Positions 1 to 9,936 of a DNA stretch of 57,406 bases are shown here, one piece after another; within the stretch, counting starts at the first letter, position 1, and every line of letters starts with the position of its first letter. The position numbers were made by a program, and so were the translations under genes. The DNA is taken from NCBI GenBank assembly GCA_035530835.1, contig DATKUC010000027.1, positions 1-57,406 on the forward strand, in the 5' to 3' direction. Below the pieces are notes generated by a model that saw nothing but the letters and a program-made list of their open reading frames with translations, did no database searches and was not told the DNA's origin. Source of the DNA: Spirochaetia bacterium. GTDB taxonomy: Bacteria > Spirochaetota > Spirochaetia > DSM-27196 > DATKUC01.

Positions 1-69
1 TTTCGCCCAATCCACAAGGAGGAACCAACCCTGCCGACGGGTGGGGGTCACCGCGCCGGCAGAGAATTT

Positions 70-1542
70 TCAACGCACCAGGCCAACGAGGAGTTCGGTG
101 CCTTGACGATAGATGCGAAACATCACCTCATTTGGCCCGGCACTGTTCAAAACTTTGTAGAAGTCCATCACATCAGCTATACGATTCCCGTTTACGTCCC
201 GGATGATGTCGCCGGCTCGCAATCCGGCGCTGTCGGCGGGACTTCCGCTTTCTACGTTTCCGACCACGACGCTGCCCTGCCCGGCAGGCAGATTGAGTGT
301 CGTGCGAATGTCATTCGTCAGGTTCACAACCGAGAGTCCGGGCCAGAGATTGCGGGACTGTCTGTCGACATTCTCGGCCCTGATTCCCAGCGTCACGTTG
401 AAGTGATATGTCTGGCCACGGCGGTAGATGGTAAGCCCGACGTCTTTTCCGGGATCCAGGCGGCCAATCTGGGATACCAGACTGTCCCCGTTCTGAAGGG
501 AAGTCCCGTCGGCACGGGTGATAATGTCACCCGGGCGAATGCCGGAGATGTCCGCGGCAGATCCGCGAAACACGTCATAAACGAACGCTCCGGTCACACC
601 GCTCGGCAGGTTGGTCTGTACCGACTGGATCACGTCGCCGACGTTGACCCCAAGCCAGCCGTAGTCGACCCGCCCTTTCGCGATAAACTCGTCGATCGCC
701 TTTTTTGCATTGTTGATGGGAATTGCGAAGCCAAGCCCGATGCTGCCACCGTCCTGCGACGCGATCCAGGTGTTGATGCCGATTACCTGACCCTGAATAT
801 TCACCAGCGCTCCACCGGAGTTCCCGCGGTTTATCGCTGCATCGGTCTGAATGTAATCGGTGAACTGACCGAGGCCGCTGTTCGGTGCCGCAACGCGCCC
901 GACGGCGCTCACAATTCCGAACGTAATCGAGGATTCAAACCCGAGAGGATTACCCACTGCAAGAACCCAGTCGCCCGGTTGAAGAGTGTCGGAGTTACCA
1001 AGCTTCGCGAGCGGCATGCGATCCGTTGTTCTAAAGCTCAACAGTGCAAGATCACGCTGCGGATCTTTGCCGACAAGTGAAGCGTTGAAGGTTCGGCCAT
1101 CGGGGAGTCGGATGCTGATCTGAGTTGCATTACCTGCCACGTGGTTGTTTGTCAGGACGTAGACTTTGTCTCCATCCTGTCGAACCATGATGCCGGAACC
1201 AAGGCCATGTTGCTGTAACTCCTGCGAGTGCAGCTGATCGGGTTGCTGGGGCTTGCGCAGTGGGGATCCAAAGAAAAACTGAAAGAGATTGCCGTTGAGC
1301 GGACTGATAGAGGGAGCCTTGACGGTATCAACGACATTCACCTCCACGACGGTGGGCAGAATTTCCTTCGCAATTTGCCGGAAGGCGGTCTGAGTCGTTT
1401 CAAGTGCAGCAATGGCTGAAGGATTTGACTCAGCGTTCGCCCTCTCTGATGCAGCAGCAATGATGATGAGAAGTGCAGCAATGAAGGTAGTCGCCGAGCT
1501 GTGCGTTCTCATGCTGTTTGCTCTTGCGGCGCCGCCTGACAT
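70..1542 (-). CDS. htrA: HtrA/DegP-family periplasmic serine endoprotease (trypsin-like domain plus PDZ domains)
   Basis: ORF 70..1578. Catalytic-triad contexts TNNHV, DLALL and GNSGGALVN; hydrophobic signal segment FIAALLIIIAAAS. Start set at ATG 1542 because AAGGAG lies 6 nt upstream. The ORF stays open to 1578, and ATG 1512 is also possible. Confidence 0.9.
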   Translation of the reverse strand: MSGGAARANSMRTHSSATTFIAALLIIIAAASERANAESNPSAIAALETTQTAFRQIAKEILPTVVEVNVVDTVKAPSISPLNGNLFQFFFGSPLRKPQQPDQLHSQELQQHGLGSGIMVRQDGDKVYVLTNNHVAGNATQISIRLPDGRTFNASLVGKDPQRDLALLSFRTTDRMPLAKLGNSDTLQPGDWVLAVGNPLGFESSITFGIVSAVGRVAAPNSGLGQFTDYIQTDAAINRGNSGGALVNIQGQVIGINTWIASQDGGSIGLGFAIPINNAKKAIDEFIAKGRVDYGWLGVNVGDVIQSVQTNLPSGVTGAFVYDVFRGSAADISGIRPGDIITRADGTSLQNGDSLVSQIGRLDPGKDVGLTIYRRGQTYHFNVTLGIRAENVDRQSRNLWPGLSVVNLTNDIRTTLNLPAGQGSVVVGNVESGSPADSAGLRAGDIIRDVNGNRIADVMDFYKVLNSAGPNEVMFRIYRQGTELLVGLVR

Positions 1543-1652
1543 TACGTTCTCCTTTCCACTGTCATGTTTTTCTGTCACAATCTTACGCGTGGAACCTTGC
1601 CGGAATATGTCTGGAACGTTACAGATTTGTCATAATCGAAGATGAGCCGAAT

Positions 1653-2270
1653 ATGCAGGACGAAGAGTTTACTCCGGCAGATGGACATCTTCCGGCAGTC
1701 TTGCGACAGTTTGAAATCACCCGCGGTCGTGCACTCGAAATCGGGTGTGGATCGGCCGCAAATGTCATATGGCTCGCCCGACTCGGTTTCGAGTGCACCG
1801 GTATCGATCTGGCATCGGCAGCGCTCAGGCTCGCCCGCGATCAGGCTTCAGCTGCGGGCTGTTCACCTCTCCTGATACGCGGAGCCTTTCCAGACGGCAT
1901 ACCCGAAGGCGCGCTTGCAAACGGCGGCTACGATTTCGTCTTTGATCGCGGCGTTCTGGAGCTGGTGACGGCACCTGCTCAGCGGCGCAAGTTCCTCAAG
2001 CTTGTTGCCCAGCTGCTCTCCTCAGGCGGCATCTACTACAGCCTGATTGCAAAGCGGGAACGGAGGCAACTCCCGGGGGGAGGCACCCGCTGGACTTCAT
2101 CCGAAATTCGCAAGGCCATTTCGCCGTTTCTGCGGATTCTCCTGGTAAAACCGGTTCCGCTCGATCCATCGAATCGCGCGTCCCCTTCGCACTGGATGTG
2201 CATCATGAAACCTTACGTGAAACGACGCATTACCGTTGATCGCCGCTTCCCTTTCATCTTTCTGCGATAA
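1653..2270 (+). CDS. Class I SAM-dependent methyltransferase
   Basis: SAM-binding motif ALEIGCGSAANVIWLARLG in ORF 1518..2270. Start moved to ATG 1653 to avoid overlap with htrA. Confidence 0.75.
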   Translation: MQDEEFTPADGHLPAVLRQFEITRGRALEIGCGSAANVIWLARLGFECTGIDLASAALRLARDQASAAGCSPLLIRGAFPDGIPEGALANGGYDFVFDRGVLELVTAPAQRRKFLKLVAQLLSSGGIYYSLIAKRERRQLPGGGTRWTSSEIRKAISPFLRILLVKPVPLDPSNRASPSHWMCIMKPYVKRRITVDRRFPFIFLR

Positions 2271-2284
2271 CCGACCCGCAATGG

Positions 2285-3730
2285 TCAGCCGTTCCGCGCG
2301 ACGAGCGGAAGAACAACTGTCATCCGGGTGCCCCTCCCCGGCGTGCTTTCCACGCTGACCTTTCCGCCATGTGCTTCGACTATCGCCTTCACCAGACTGA
2401 GTCCCAGGCCGAGCCCCTGCACCATCGGAACCGTATGCGACCGATAGAGCCGCGTCCAGATCCGGTTGAGCTCATCGGTGGGAATGCCGATGCCGGTGTC
2501 CTCTACCCGAATCGTCGCGTCTTCGTCAGTCGCCCGCGCCCGGACAATCACGTTGCCGCCTTCGGGTGTGTACTTTACGGCATTATCGAGCAGATTGCCG
2601 ATGACCTGCCGGAGTCTGACAGGGTCGGCAGGAATGGAGACGGGCACCACATCGGTTGTAATGGTCACCCCTTTTTCATCGGCGGTGAAGCGGTACATCT
2701 CGGCAAGTTCTTCGATGAGCGTGTTCAGCGGGAGTGGTTGAATGCGCAGTCTCATCACACCCGATTCGGCCTCCGAGATGTCCATGAGCGTGTTCAGCAT
2801 GCGAAGAATAATGTCAGCCTCTTCGAGCGCGTCTTCGAGCGCCTTGCGATATGCCTGCGCGTCTTCGGGTCCCTTCAATGCGATTTCCGACAACCCGCGC
2901 AGCCGGGTAAGCGGAGTCCGCAGGTCATGAGCGACCGCGTCGAGTGAGTCCCGCATCTCGCGGATCAATCGGTCGATCCGGTCGAGCATTTCGTTGAAGT
3001 AAACGACCAGCTCGCCGAGCTCGGTCTTCGCGCTGTGTACGGGAATCCGCGCATCGGTGCGCCCGGTGCTGATGATCGACTTGATCATACGGTTCAACTG
3101 CCCGACCGGTCTGAATGTACGCGAAGAGATAAACAGGCCTGCCAGGAAGCTCATCAGAATGAGAAGTACGCTGATACCAATGAAATTGCGCTGGAAGATG
3201 TCGAGAATGAGATTTCTGCTCTGCGTACTCATTCCGACCTGCAGAACATATTCGGGAGAAAGCCGCACACCGGCAACTTCGAGGTGATAGCTCGCCTGAG
3301 GTGAGGAGAGCGTGATGAGGTGATCACTACCGGCGGGACTGATCTGCTCGAGCCGCGTGAAGTCAAAACTCTCCCATACCAGAGGATAGCGCTGCACGAG
3401 CGTGCTGTTCCTTGAATTGGCAATACGCACGAAGTAGGGCCGTTCGCCCATCAGCAGGTTTTCGTTCTGGATCTGCTGAACAATCCGGTCGATTCCCCCC
3501 GCCTGATACTGGGCCCAGAAACCGAGGAGACGCGCATTTATGTGGCTCAGATCGTCATCACGCAGATTGGAATAGAGCGTGTAGAAGGTGGCGGAAAAGA
3601 GCATTGCCGAGCCGACCAGGAAGACTGCCGAAAAGATGAGCGCAAGGCGCATGTTGAGCCGAATGCGGTGCCGACGCGGCCTGTCGTTCGTTTCCTGCTC
3701 GAGCGGGGATTCAGCCTGGTTTGAGGACAT
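2285..3730 (-). CDS. Two-component sensor histidine kinase (two TM segments, HAMP, HisKA, HATPase_c)
   Basis: H-box AHDLRTPLT; N/G boxes NLLDNAVKYTP and DTGIGI..GLGLGLSLV; N-terminal hydrophobic segments. Confidence 0.85.
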   Translation of the reverse strand: MSSNQAESPLEQETNDRPRRHRIRLNMRLALIFSAVFLVGSAMLFSATFYTLYSNLRDDDLSHINARLLGFWAQYQAGGIDRIVQQIQNENLLMGERPYFVRIANSRNSTLVQRYPLVWESFDFTRLEQISPAGSDHLITLSSPQASYHLEVAGVRLSPEYVLQVGMSTQSRNLILDIFQRNFIGISVLLILMSFLAGLFISSRTFRPVGQLNRMIKSIISTGRTDARIPVHSAKTELGELVVYFNEMLDRIDRLIREMRDSLDAVAHDLRTPLTRLRGLSEIALKGPEDAQAYRKALEDALEEADIILRMLNTLMDISEAESGVMRLRIQPLPLNTLIEELAEMYRFTADEKGVTITTDVVPVSIPADPVRLRQVIGNLLDNAVKYTPEGGNVIVRARATDEDATIRVEDTGIGIPTDELNRIWTRLYRSHTVPMVQGLGLGLSLVKAIVEAHGGKVSVESTPGRGTRMTVVLPLVARNG

Positions 3731-4385
3731 AGCCTACTCCCCGGATGGTGTGGATGAGTTTCTCCTTGTGCCCTTTGTCGATCTTGTTCCGAAGGCGGCT
3801 GACCAGCACGTCGACAACATTTGTCTGAGGGTCGAAATCATAGTTCCAGACATGGCTCATGATCATCGTTTTTGACAGGACGACGAGCGGATTGCGCATG
3901 AAGTATTCAAGGAGCGCGTACTCCTTCGGCTGCAGGTCGATGGGATCACCCGCCCGCGACACCTGGTGAGCGAGCAGGTCCATCGAGAGATCACCCACGG
4001 CCAGCTTCGTCGGCTGCGCTGCAATGGTCGCGCGGCGGATCAGCGCCTGCACGCGCACAAGCAGTTCGGAAAACGAGAACGGCTTCACCAGGTAATCGTC
4101 GCCACCCTTCTGGAAGCCCAGAACGCGGTCGTCTACGCTCCGTTTGGCACTGAGCACCAGGATCGGCGTCGGAACTCCTTCGGTGCGCAACCGGGCAATC
4201 ATCGACAGGCCGTCCATGCCGGGCAGCATGATGTCGACAACCGCGGCATCGTACTCGGTGTTCTTCAGATAGCTGAACCCCTCTTCCCCGGTTTCCACAT
4301 GATCAACCGCAAACCCCGCCTGCTTCAGTCCCGCATCGATGAACTCTGCTATCACCGGGTCATCCTCTACAATGAGAATTCTCAT
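3711..4385 (-). CDS. OmpR/PhoB-family DNA-binding response regulator
   Basis: MRILIVEDD start, receiver Asp context AAVVDIMLPGMDG, C-terminal winged-helix (TIRGVGY). The Arg-rich N-terminal extension of ORF 3711..4553 is discarded. ATG 4385 overlaps the mnmA stop (ATGA). Confidence 0.9.
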   Translation of the reverse strand: MRILIVEDDPVIAEFIDAGLKQAGFAVDHVETGEEGFSYLKNTEYDAAVVDIMLPGMDGLSMIARLRTEGVPTPILVLSAKRSVDDRVLGFQKGGDDYLVKPFSFSELLVRVQALIRRATIAAQPTKLAVGDLSMDLLAHQVSRAGDPIDLQPKEYALLEYFMRNPLVVLSKTMIMSHVWNYDFDPQTNVVDVLVSRLRNKIDKGHKEKLIHTIRGVGYVLKPG

Positions 4386-5476
4386 GCATCCTCCAGAATC
4401 ATGCCGCCGCCAAGGCAGACTTCGCCATCGTAGAGCACTGCGAACTGCCCGGGCGCGACTCCCCGATCGGGCCGCTCGATCGCGACATCGAGGGTGACAG
4501 CATCCTCTGTCATGACGGGACTTCCGGTCGCATCGAGTCCGGAAATCGTGCACCGGTTCAGCTCCGGACCGTGGCGGAGCTTCGCGTGGAGATCCGCGGT
4601 TCGCACTGGCGCTCCGGCAATCCAGTTGAGGTTACCGATTCGGAATCTGCTGCGCGCCCGGTCCGAAACATGGTTGCTGTGGGACACGTAGATTTCGTTG
4701 CCCGCGATGTTCTTCCGCACTACGTACCAGGGTCCACTGCCGAGGCCGAGGCCCTGACGCTGACCGATGGTGTGAAACCAGTAGCCGCGGTGCGTTCCAA
4801 CAACTTCACCGGTCTCCGCTTCAATGATGGGACCCTCCCGTTCGCCGAGATAGTGCCGAATAAACTCAGGATATCGGATCTTGCCGAGGAAGCAGATACC
4901 CTGACTATCCCTGCGGTCCATATTGGGAAGGTTCAGCTCATGGGCAACATCGCGTACCCGGCTCTTCAGAAGCTCACCGACGGGAAACAGCACCTTGCTC
5001 ATCTGAAACTGGCTCAGGTGTGAAAGAAAGTAGGATTGATCTTTTACCGGGTCTGGTGCGCGCTTCAATCGGTACAAACCGTCGCTCTCATCGACTCGCG
5101 CATAGTGCCCGGTTGCAACTTTGTCGTAGCTGTCATCAATATGTTCAAAGAAAGCACCAAACTTGATGCGCTGGTTACAGAAAATGTCGGGGCTCGGCGT
5201 TCTTCCCGCCCTCAATTCGCTGAGTGCATACTCCACGACCCGCTCATAGTACTCGAGCTGCAGTGAAACCACGCGGAGAGGAACGTCGGCCTGATCGCAT
5301 ACTGCCTGGGCGTAGGAGAGATCCTCTTCCCAGGGGCAATCTCCCATGTAGGAGAGCTCATCTTCGAGCCAGACTTTGAGGTAGTAGGCGGTCAAATCGG
5401 CACAGCCCGAACGCTTGAGTTGCCAGAGTGCGGTGGAGCTGTCGACGCCGCCGGAGAGCAGAACTGCGACTTTCAT
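4382..5476 (-). CDS. mnmA: tRNA 2-thiouridine(34) synthase
   Basis: PP-loop MKVAVLLSGGVDSS, full-length MnmA-like sequence, 364 aa. Confidence 0.9.
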   Translation of the reverse strand: MKVAVLLSGGVDSSTALWQLKRSGCADLTAYYLKVWLEDELSYMGDCPWEEDLSYAQAVCDQADVPLRVVSLQLEYYERVVEYALSELRAGRTPSPDIFCNQRIKFGAFFEHIDDSYDKVATGHYARVDESDGLYRLKRAPDPVKDQSYFLSHLSQFQMSKVLFPVGELLKSRVRDVAHELNLPNMDRRDSQGICFLGKIRYPEFIRHYLGEREGPIIEAETGEVVGTHRGYWFHTIGQRQGLGLGSGPWYVVRKNIAGNEIYVSHSNHVSDRARSRFRIGNLNWIAGAPVRTADLHAKLRHGPELNRCTISGLDATGSPVMTEDAVTLDVAIERPDRGVAPGQFAVLYDGEVCLGGGMILEDA

Positions 5477-5599
5477 ATCACCATTGCCCCGGCGTGGACC
5501 GTCAGGCTATATTCAGGATACTTTACATGACAGAGGCAGGTCAACAATGCCGAAATACCCGGCAGGCGTTGCCATTTCGAGGTCGGGAAGGTGGATCTC

Positions 5600-6700
5600 A
5601 TGAGTACCGACAGACAGAATCCGGAGATCGTCGAACGCAAGGCGCAGCACCTTGAGATATGTGTCAACGAACTCGAGTACGATGTTGAGTTCGGCACGGC
5701 GGGGTTCGAACATGTTCGACTGGTTCACCGCTCTCTTCCCGAAATCTCCGAGCTCGATCTGGACACCCGCACGGAGTTCATCGACACCTCCATTCCCATT
5801 CCTCTCTTCATCTCCTCGATGACAGGCGGCTCGGAATCGGGCTACCAGGTGAACAAGAACCTGGCGATTGCCGCACAGAAGACCGGAGTTCCGGTTGGAA
5901 TGGGATCAATTCGTATTCTTTTCGAGAAACCCGAAGTTCTGCCGCATTTTCAACTGAAGAAACTCGCCCCCGATGTGCCGGTGTTCGCAAACCTCGGCTC
6001 AGCTCAGATACGGGATCTGGATTCAGCGCTCGTCGCGGAGCTCGTAAAGCGGCTTGAAGTACAGGCGCTTGCAATCCACCTGAATCCGGGCCAGGAGCTG
6101 TTCCAGCCCGGAGGGGAGCGTGATTTCTCCGGAACAATGACTGCAATAGCGCGCTTCTGCGAAACGCTTCCGGTGCCGGTCATCGTGAAGGAGACGGGGT
6201 TCGGAATAGGTCCCGACGAGGTGAGGTGGTTGCTCGAAGCAGGCGCCGCCGCAGTCGATGTTGCAGGCGCGGGCGGCACCAACTGGATCGCAGTCGAGTC
6301 CTATCGCCTCGATCCGGAAGAGCTCGAAGCGGCGAGGGAGTTCGACGATTGGGGTATCCCGACTGCGCTCATCCTCGCCGCGCTCGATCTGAGAAATCGG
6401 GGAGCTTCGATGTCGGGGCGAATACTCGCGTCCGGCGGGCTGCGAAGCGGTATGGACCTGGTGAAGTCGATTGCGCTCGGCGCTTCTGCATCAGGGTTCG
6501 CGCTCCCGTTCGTAAGGGCCGTCTCCGCAGAGGGCGCAGACGGCGTCGTCCGGCTGATTCGCCGCTTCGAACGGGTGCTGCGAACCGCAATGGTGCTGAC
6601 CGGCAGCCGCAATCTCGCTGCGCTTCGTGCATCGCCGCTGTTGCTCGACGCGGCGTTTGAACATCAGGTACAATCGCTTCAAAAGGCTCTTGGAGGGTAG
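5600..6700 (+). CDS. fni: Type 2 (FMN-dependent) isopentenyl-diphosphate delta-isomerase
   Basis: RKAQHLEI N-terminal motif, SSMTGG, and a TIM-barrel FMN oxidoreductase-like C-terminus (ASGGLRSGMD). ATG 5600 lies in frame within ORF 5591..6700. Confidence 0.85.
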   Translation: MSTDRQNPEIVERKAQHLEICVNELEYDVEFGTAGFEHVRLVHRSLPEISELDLDTRTEFIDTSIPIPLFISSMTGGSESGYQVNKNLAIAAQKTGVPVGMGSIRILFEKPEVLPHFQLKKLAPDVPVFANLGSAQIRDLDSALVAELVKRLEVQALAIHLNPGQELFQPGGERDFSGTMTAIARFCETLPVPVIVKETGFGIGPDEVRWLLEAGAAAVDVAGAGGTNWIAVESYRLDPEELEAAREFDDWGIPTALILAALDLRNRGASMSGRILASGGLRSGMDLVKSIALGASASGFALPFVRAVSAEGADGVVRLIRRFERVLRTAMVLTGSRNLAALRASPLLLDAAFEHQVQSLQKALGG

Positions 6701-6704
6701 GCAG

Positions 6705-7991
6705 GTGGACTCATCCAGCGGGAAGATGCCACGCACGTCTGGCTCGGCACTGCGGAGGGGCGACCTCCGCGACCGCCGGTTGCTGCTTGGAAAAACGTAC
6801 GCGCTCTCTCCTTCGGAGCTTGACGGACTGGGTACCGACGCTGAAATGCTCGAGCGGTCAGAGGTTATGGTGGAGTACGCCGTCGGTTACTTCGCCGTTC
6901 CGCTCGGCCTCGCCCCCGGATTCCTCATCGATTCGGTCGAGCGAACCATACCGATGGCGACCGAAGAGCCGTCGGTGATTGCGGCTGCAACCTTCGGTGC
7001 GAGTCTCGTGGCGCGTGCGGGCGGCTTCTCGACCGCGGCTGCGGATCCGCTCATGGCGGCGCACATCTATCTGCGGAACGTCCCCGAAGGAAATGAAGCG
7101 CGCATACTCGCCGAAGAGGCGGCCATTCGGGCCGCAACCGATCGCGTTCTCGGACGAATGGAGCGACGCGGAGGCGGGCTTCGTAAAGTAGGCGTTCTAC
7201 GCCTTGCGGAAGGCGGCTTCGTGCGGGTCGAACTGGAAATCGATGTGCGCGATGCAATGGGAGCGAACATCCTCAACAGCGCGGCAGAGTCCGCACGCCC
7301 CATACTCGAACGGGCGAGCGGAGGAACCACCGTGATGGCGATCCTCTCCAATAGTGCCGATCAGCGAATTGCGCACGCCCGGTTCGCGATGCCCACACGG
7401 CTGCTCGCGCGAGGGCGGTTCGACGGTGAAGATGTCGCCCGGGCCATCGTCGAAGCATATCTCATTGCCGCCGAGGATCAGGAGCGTGCGGTTACCCACA
7501 ACAAGGGGATCATGAACGGTGTGTCGGCACTGGCACTTGCCACCGCAAACGATACCCGCGGAATCGAGGCGGCAGTTCACCGATATGCGACGCAATCGGG
7601 CCACTACTCGCCGCTCAGTCGCTATGAACTTTCCGACGGCCAACTCGCCGGAACCATCGAGCTGCCGATGCCGTTCGGTACCGTCGGCGGGGCAACCCTG
7701 TTTCATCCCGGCGCGCGGACAGTGCTGAAGATTCTCGGCAATCCTGACGGACCGACGCTCTGTCGTATTGCTGCGGCGCTCGGCCTCGCGCAGAATCTCG
7801 CGGCGCTTGCCGCCCTGGTCTCCGAAGGTATCCAGCACGGTCACATGCGACTTCACGCGCGGCGGGTAGCGTTTGAAGCGGGAGCCCGTGGCAGCGATGT
7901 TGCGAAGGTAGCGCAGAAGCTTCAGGAGCAGGGGGACTACCGGGAGACCTATGCACGAGCTGTTCTCGAGGGTATTCGCAATGAAGAGTAG
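6705..7991 (+). CDS. mvaA: Class II hydroxymethylglutaryl-CoA reductase
   Basis: Motifs EEPSVIAA, DAMGANILN and PFGTVGG. GTG 6705 follows GGAGG by 8 nt; ATG 6726 is an alternative start. Confidence 0.85.
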   Translation: MDSSSGKMPRTSGSALRRGDLRDRRLLLGKTYALSPSELDGLGTDAEMLERSEVMVEYAVGYFAVPLGLAPGFLIDSVERTIPMATEEPSVIAAATFGASLVARAGGFSTAAADPLMAAHIYLRNVPEGNEARILAEEAAIRAATDRVLGRMERRGGGLRKVGVLRLAEGGFVRVELEIDVRDAMGANILNSAAESARPILERASGGTTVMAILSNSADQRIAHARFAMPTRLLARGRFDGEDVARAIVEAYLIAAEDQERAVTHNKGIMNGVSALALATANDTRGIEAAVHRYATQSGHYSPLSRYELSDGQLAGTIELPMPFGTVGGATLFHPGARTVLKILGNPDGPTLCRIAAALGLAQNLAALAALVSEGIQHGHMRLHARRVAFEAGARGSDVAKVAQKLQEQGDYRETYARAVLEGIRNEE

Positions 7992-8994
7992 CGCTATCTG
8001 CATCGCTTCCCCCAGTCTTGCACTGGTGAAGTACTGGGGAAAGCAGCCGGATGGGGTGAATATCCCGGCTACCTCGAGTCTGGCGGTAAGCCTCGGCGGA
8101 CTCGACACACGGACCGTGTGCAGGGTACATGAGGGCGGCAGCGACCGAGTCGAGATCGACGGGGAAGTTCAGCCTGAGTCCCGGTTCGCCGTCTTCTTCG
8201 AGAACCTGCGCGCGTTCATGTGCAGAACCTTCGAGTTCAGCGACACCCTCTATCACACGAAGGATCCGGCGGCACTTCGCTTTGAGGTGACCAGCAGCAA
8301 CAACTTTCCGACGGCGGCCGGCATAGCGAGCTCTTCTTCCGGTTTTGCGGCGCTCGCAGGCGCCTGCACTGCGGCGGTCGGGCTCAGTTCAACCGAGGAT
8401 GAACTCTCCGCACTGGCGCGCGTCGGCTCCGGATCAGCCGCCCGATCGGTATTTGGCGGCTTCGTCGGGCTTTCAGCGGGCGCGATGCACGCTCGCCAGC
8501 TTTACCCGGAACAGCACTGGCCGGAACTGCGGGTTCTCATCGTCATTGTACGACGCGAGAGGAAACCTTGGACATCGCGCGACGCTATGGAGAGCTCGCG
8601 TCACTCGAGCCCGTACTACTCCGCCTGGGTCGATTCTTCGGAGCAGGAGTACGAGCGCGGCCTCGATGCTCTTGCGCGGAGGGACATCCGGAAGCTCGGT
8701 GAAGCAGCCCGGCGCAGCTACCTGCGGATGTTCGGAACGATGCTTTCCGCCGATCCACCCATACTCTACTGGACCCCTGAATCGGTGGAAGTGATTCGCG
8801 CGGCGGCAGAGCTGCGGAGCCACGGAATTGCCGCCTGGGAGACGATGGACGCGGGACCACAGGTGAAGATCATCACCCTGTCCTCCGACGTGGAAGCTGT
8901 GCGCAAACTGGTCACTGAAGCTGTGCCTGGCGCAGAGTTCCTCGTTGCATCACCGGGAAGCGGATTGCGGTATGAACCTGCAGCGACAACGTAG
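7981..8994 (+). CDS. mvaD: Diphosphomevalonate decarboxylase (GHMP family)
   Basis: LALVKYWGK near the N-terminus and GHMP motif PTAAGIASSSSGFAAL. ATG 7981 overlaps the mvaA stop by 11 nt. Confidence 0.85.
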   Translation: MKSSAICIASPSLALVKYWGKQPDGVNIPATSSLAVSLGGLDTRTVCRVHEGGSDRVEIDGEVQPESRFAVFFENLRAFMCRTFEFSDTLYHTKDPAALRFEVTSSNNFPTAAGIASSSSGFAALAGACTAAVGLSSTEDELSALARVGSGSAARSVFGGFVGLSAGAMHARQLYPEQHWPELRVLIVIVRRERKPWTSRDAMESSRHSSPYYSAWVDSSEQEYERGLDALARRDIRKLGEAARRSYLRMFGTMLSADPPILYWTPESVEVIRAAAELRSHGIAAWETMDAGPQVKIITLSSDVEAVRKLVTEAVPGAEFLVASPGSGLRYEPAATT

Positions 8995-9006
8995 GAGTCG
9001 GCAACA

Positions 9007-9936
9007 GTGCTGCTGACCGTACCCGGAAATCTCCTGCTTGCCGGAGAGTACGCCATAACAGAAGAGGGCGGACTCGGGCTTGCGTTCGCGGTCGAACCGA
9101 GAGTTCGGGTGCTGATCGAACAGTCACGGAAGCTCGGCATTACCGGCGTCATCGGTTCCGAGCGCATCGAGTGGCCGGATGACGGCGAACGCGCACAGAT
9201 TTTCGAGCGCATCCTCCGTTGCCTTCCGGAGACCGATGCGCGGTCGCAGAGAGTCCATATCACCATCGATTCATCTCGCTTCTACGATGAGGAGGGGCGC
9301 AAGCGCGGCCTCGGTTCGAGCGCCGCGCTGGTTGTCGGGCTGGTATATGCACTCGCGGACGGACGGAAACGCAAACCGCTCGAGCTGCTGAGAACCTGCG
9401 TCAAAATCCACCGCGCAATCCAGGGTGGGCGCGGAAGTGGCTACGATGTGGCCGCGAGCCTCTTCGGCGGGACAGGACTGTTCACCGGTGGTGCACTGCC
9501 GAACTGGAACAAAGTAACTGTGCCGTGGCTCACCGGCCGCAGGATATTCGTCGTCGCGGGAGGTCGCGCGGTGAAAAGTTCACCGGCGGTTGCCGCATAC
9601 GCGAATTGGAAAAGCGCCCACCGCAGGCAGGTCGCTGAATTTCTCGCGGATTCGAACGCAACAGTTCGGGCGCTCTGCGACGCGCAGGGAATCGAGGCGG
9701 CGCGGCGGGCACTTGAGCGGGCACGGGAGCTCGGCATCGTGCTCGGCGATGCAATCGGGATTCCGGCTGTGTCCAGCTGGAACGCCGGGCCGGACTGGCT
9801 GTGCAAGGCATCAGGTGCCGGAAATGAAGTGGGCATCTGCATCGGACCTGAATCGGCGGTCAATTCGCCGGCCGCTCCCGCGTCGGCAGAACCGGTAGTC
9901 ATTTCAGCCGACGGCGTTCGGATCGAGGCTGATTGA
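9007..9936 (+). CDS. mvaK2: Phosphomevalonate kinase (GHMP family)
   Basis: PGNLLLAGEYAITEEG N-terminal motif, GLGSSAAL, and position between the decarboxylase and mevalonate kinase. GTG start with AGGAG upstream. Confidence 0.7.
   Translation: MLLTVPGNLLLAGEYAITEEGGLGLAFAVEPRVRVLIEQSRKLGITGVIGSERIEWPDDGERAQIFERILRCLPETDARSQRVHITIDSSRFYDEEGRKRGLGSSAALVVGLVYALADGRKRKPLELLRTCVKIHRAIQGGRGSGYDVAASLFGGTGLFTGGALPNWNKVTVPWLTGRRIFVVAGGRAVKSSPAVAAYANWKSAHRRQVAEFLADSNATVRALCDAQGIEAARRALERARELGIVLGDAIGIPAVSSWNAGPDWLCKASGAGNEVGICIGPESAVNSPAAPASAEPVVISADGVRIEAD

Noticed and set aside
16-22. AAGGAGG on the plus strand at the very start of the window.
   Set aside because: No start codon follows at a suitable distance, and the downstream frame is the htrA antisense shadow. 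It is probably a chance match or part of the htrA 3' region.
103-1080. 325-aa plus-strand ORF fully inside htrA.
   Set aside because: It is antisense to a gene with unmistakable HtrA motifs. Its Arg/Gly/Val-rich, motif-less sequence is typical of shadow ORFs in GC-rich DNA.

The same reasoning applies to 7197..8108(-), 17136..17873(-), 17886..18638(-), 20104..20769(-), 20842..21594(-), 35509..36426(+), 38985..39914(+), 48617..49465(+) and many shorter ORFs in the track.
3711-4553. Long Arg/Cys-rich N-terminal extensions on several track ORFs. Examples: response regulator to 4553, CDF transporter to 28338, ychF to 24481, galE ORF from 29902, cheD ORF from 46331.
   Set aside because: The extensions overlap neighbouring genes or are antisense to them, and they lack homology-like sequence. 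Internal ATG codons that give canonical N-termini (MRILIVEDD, MAHLHLHHH, MQLNCGIVG, MQILVIGGAG, MFTHFDH) were used instead.
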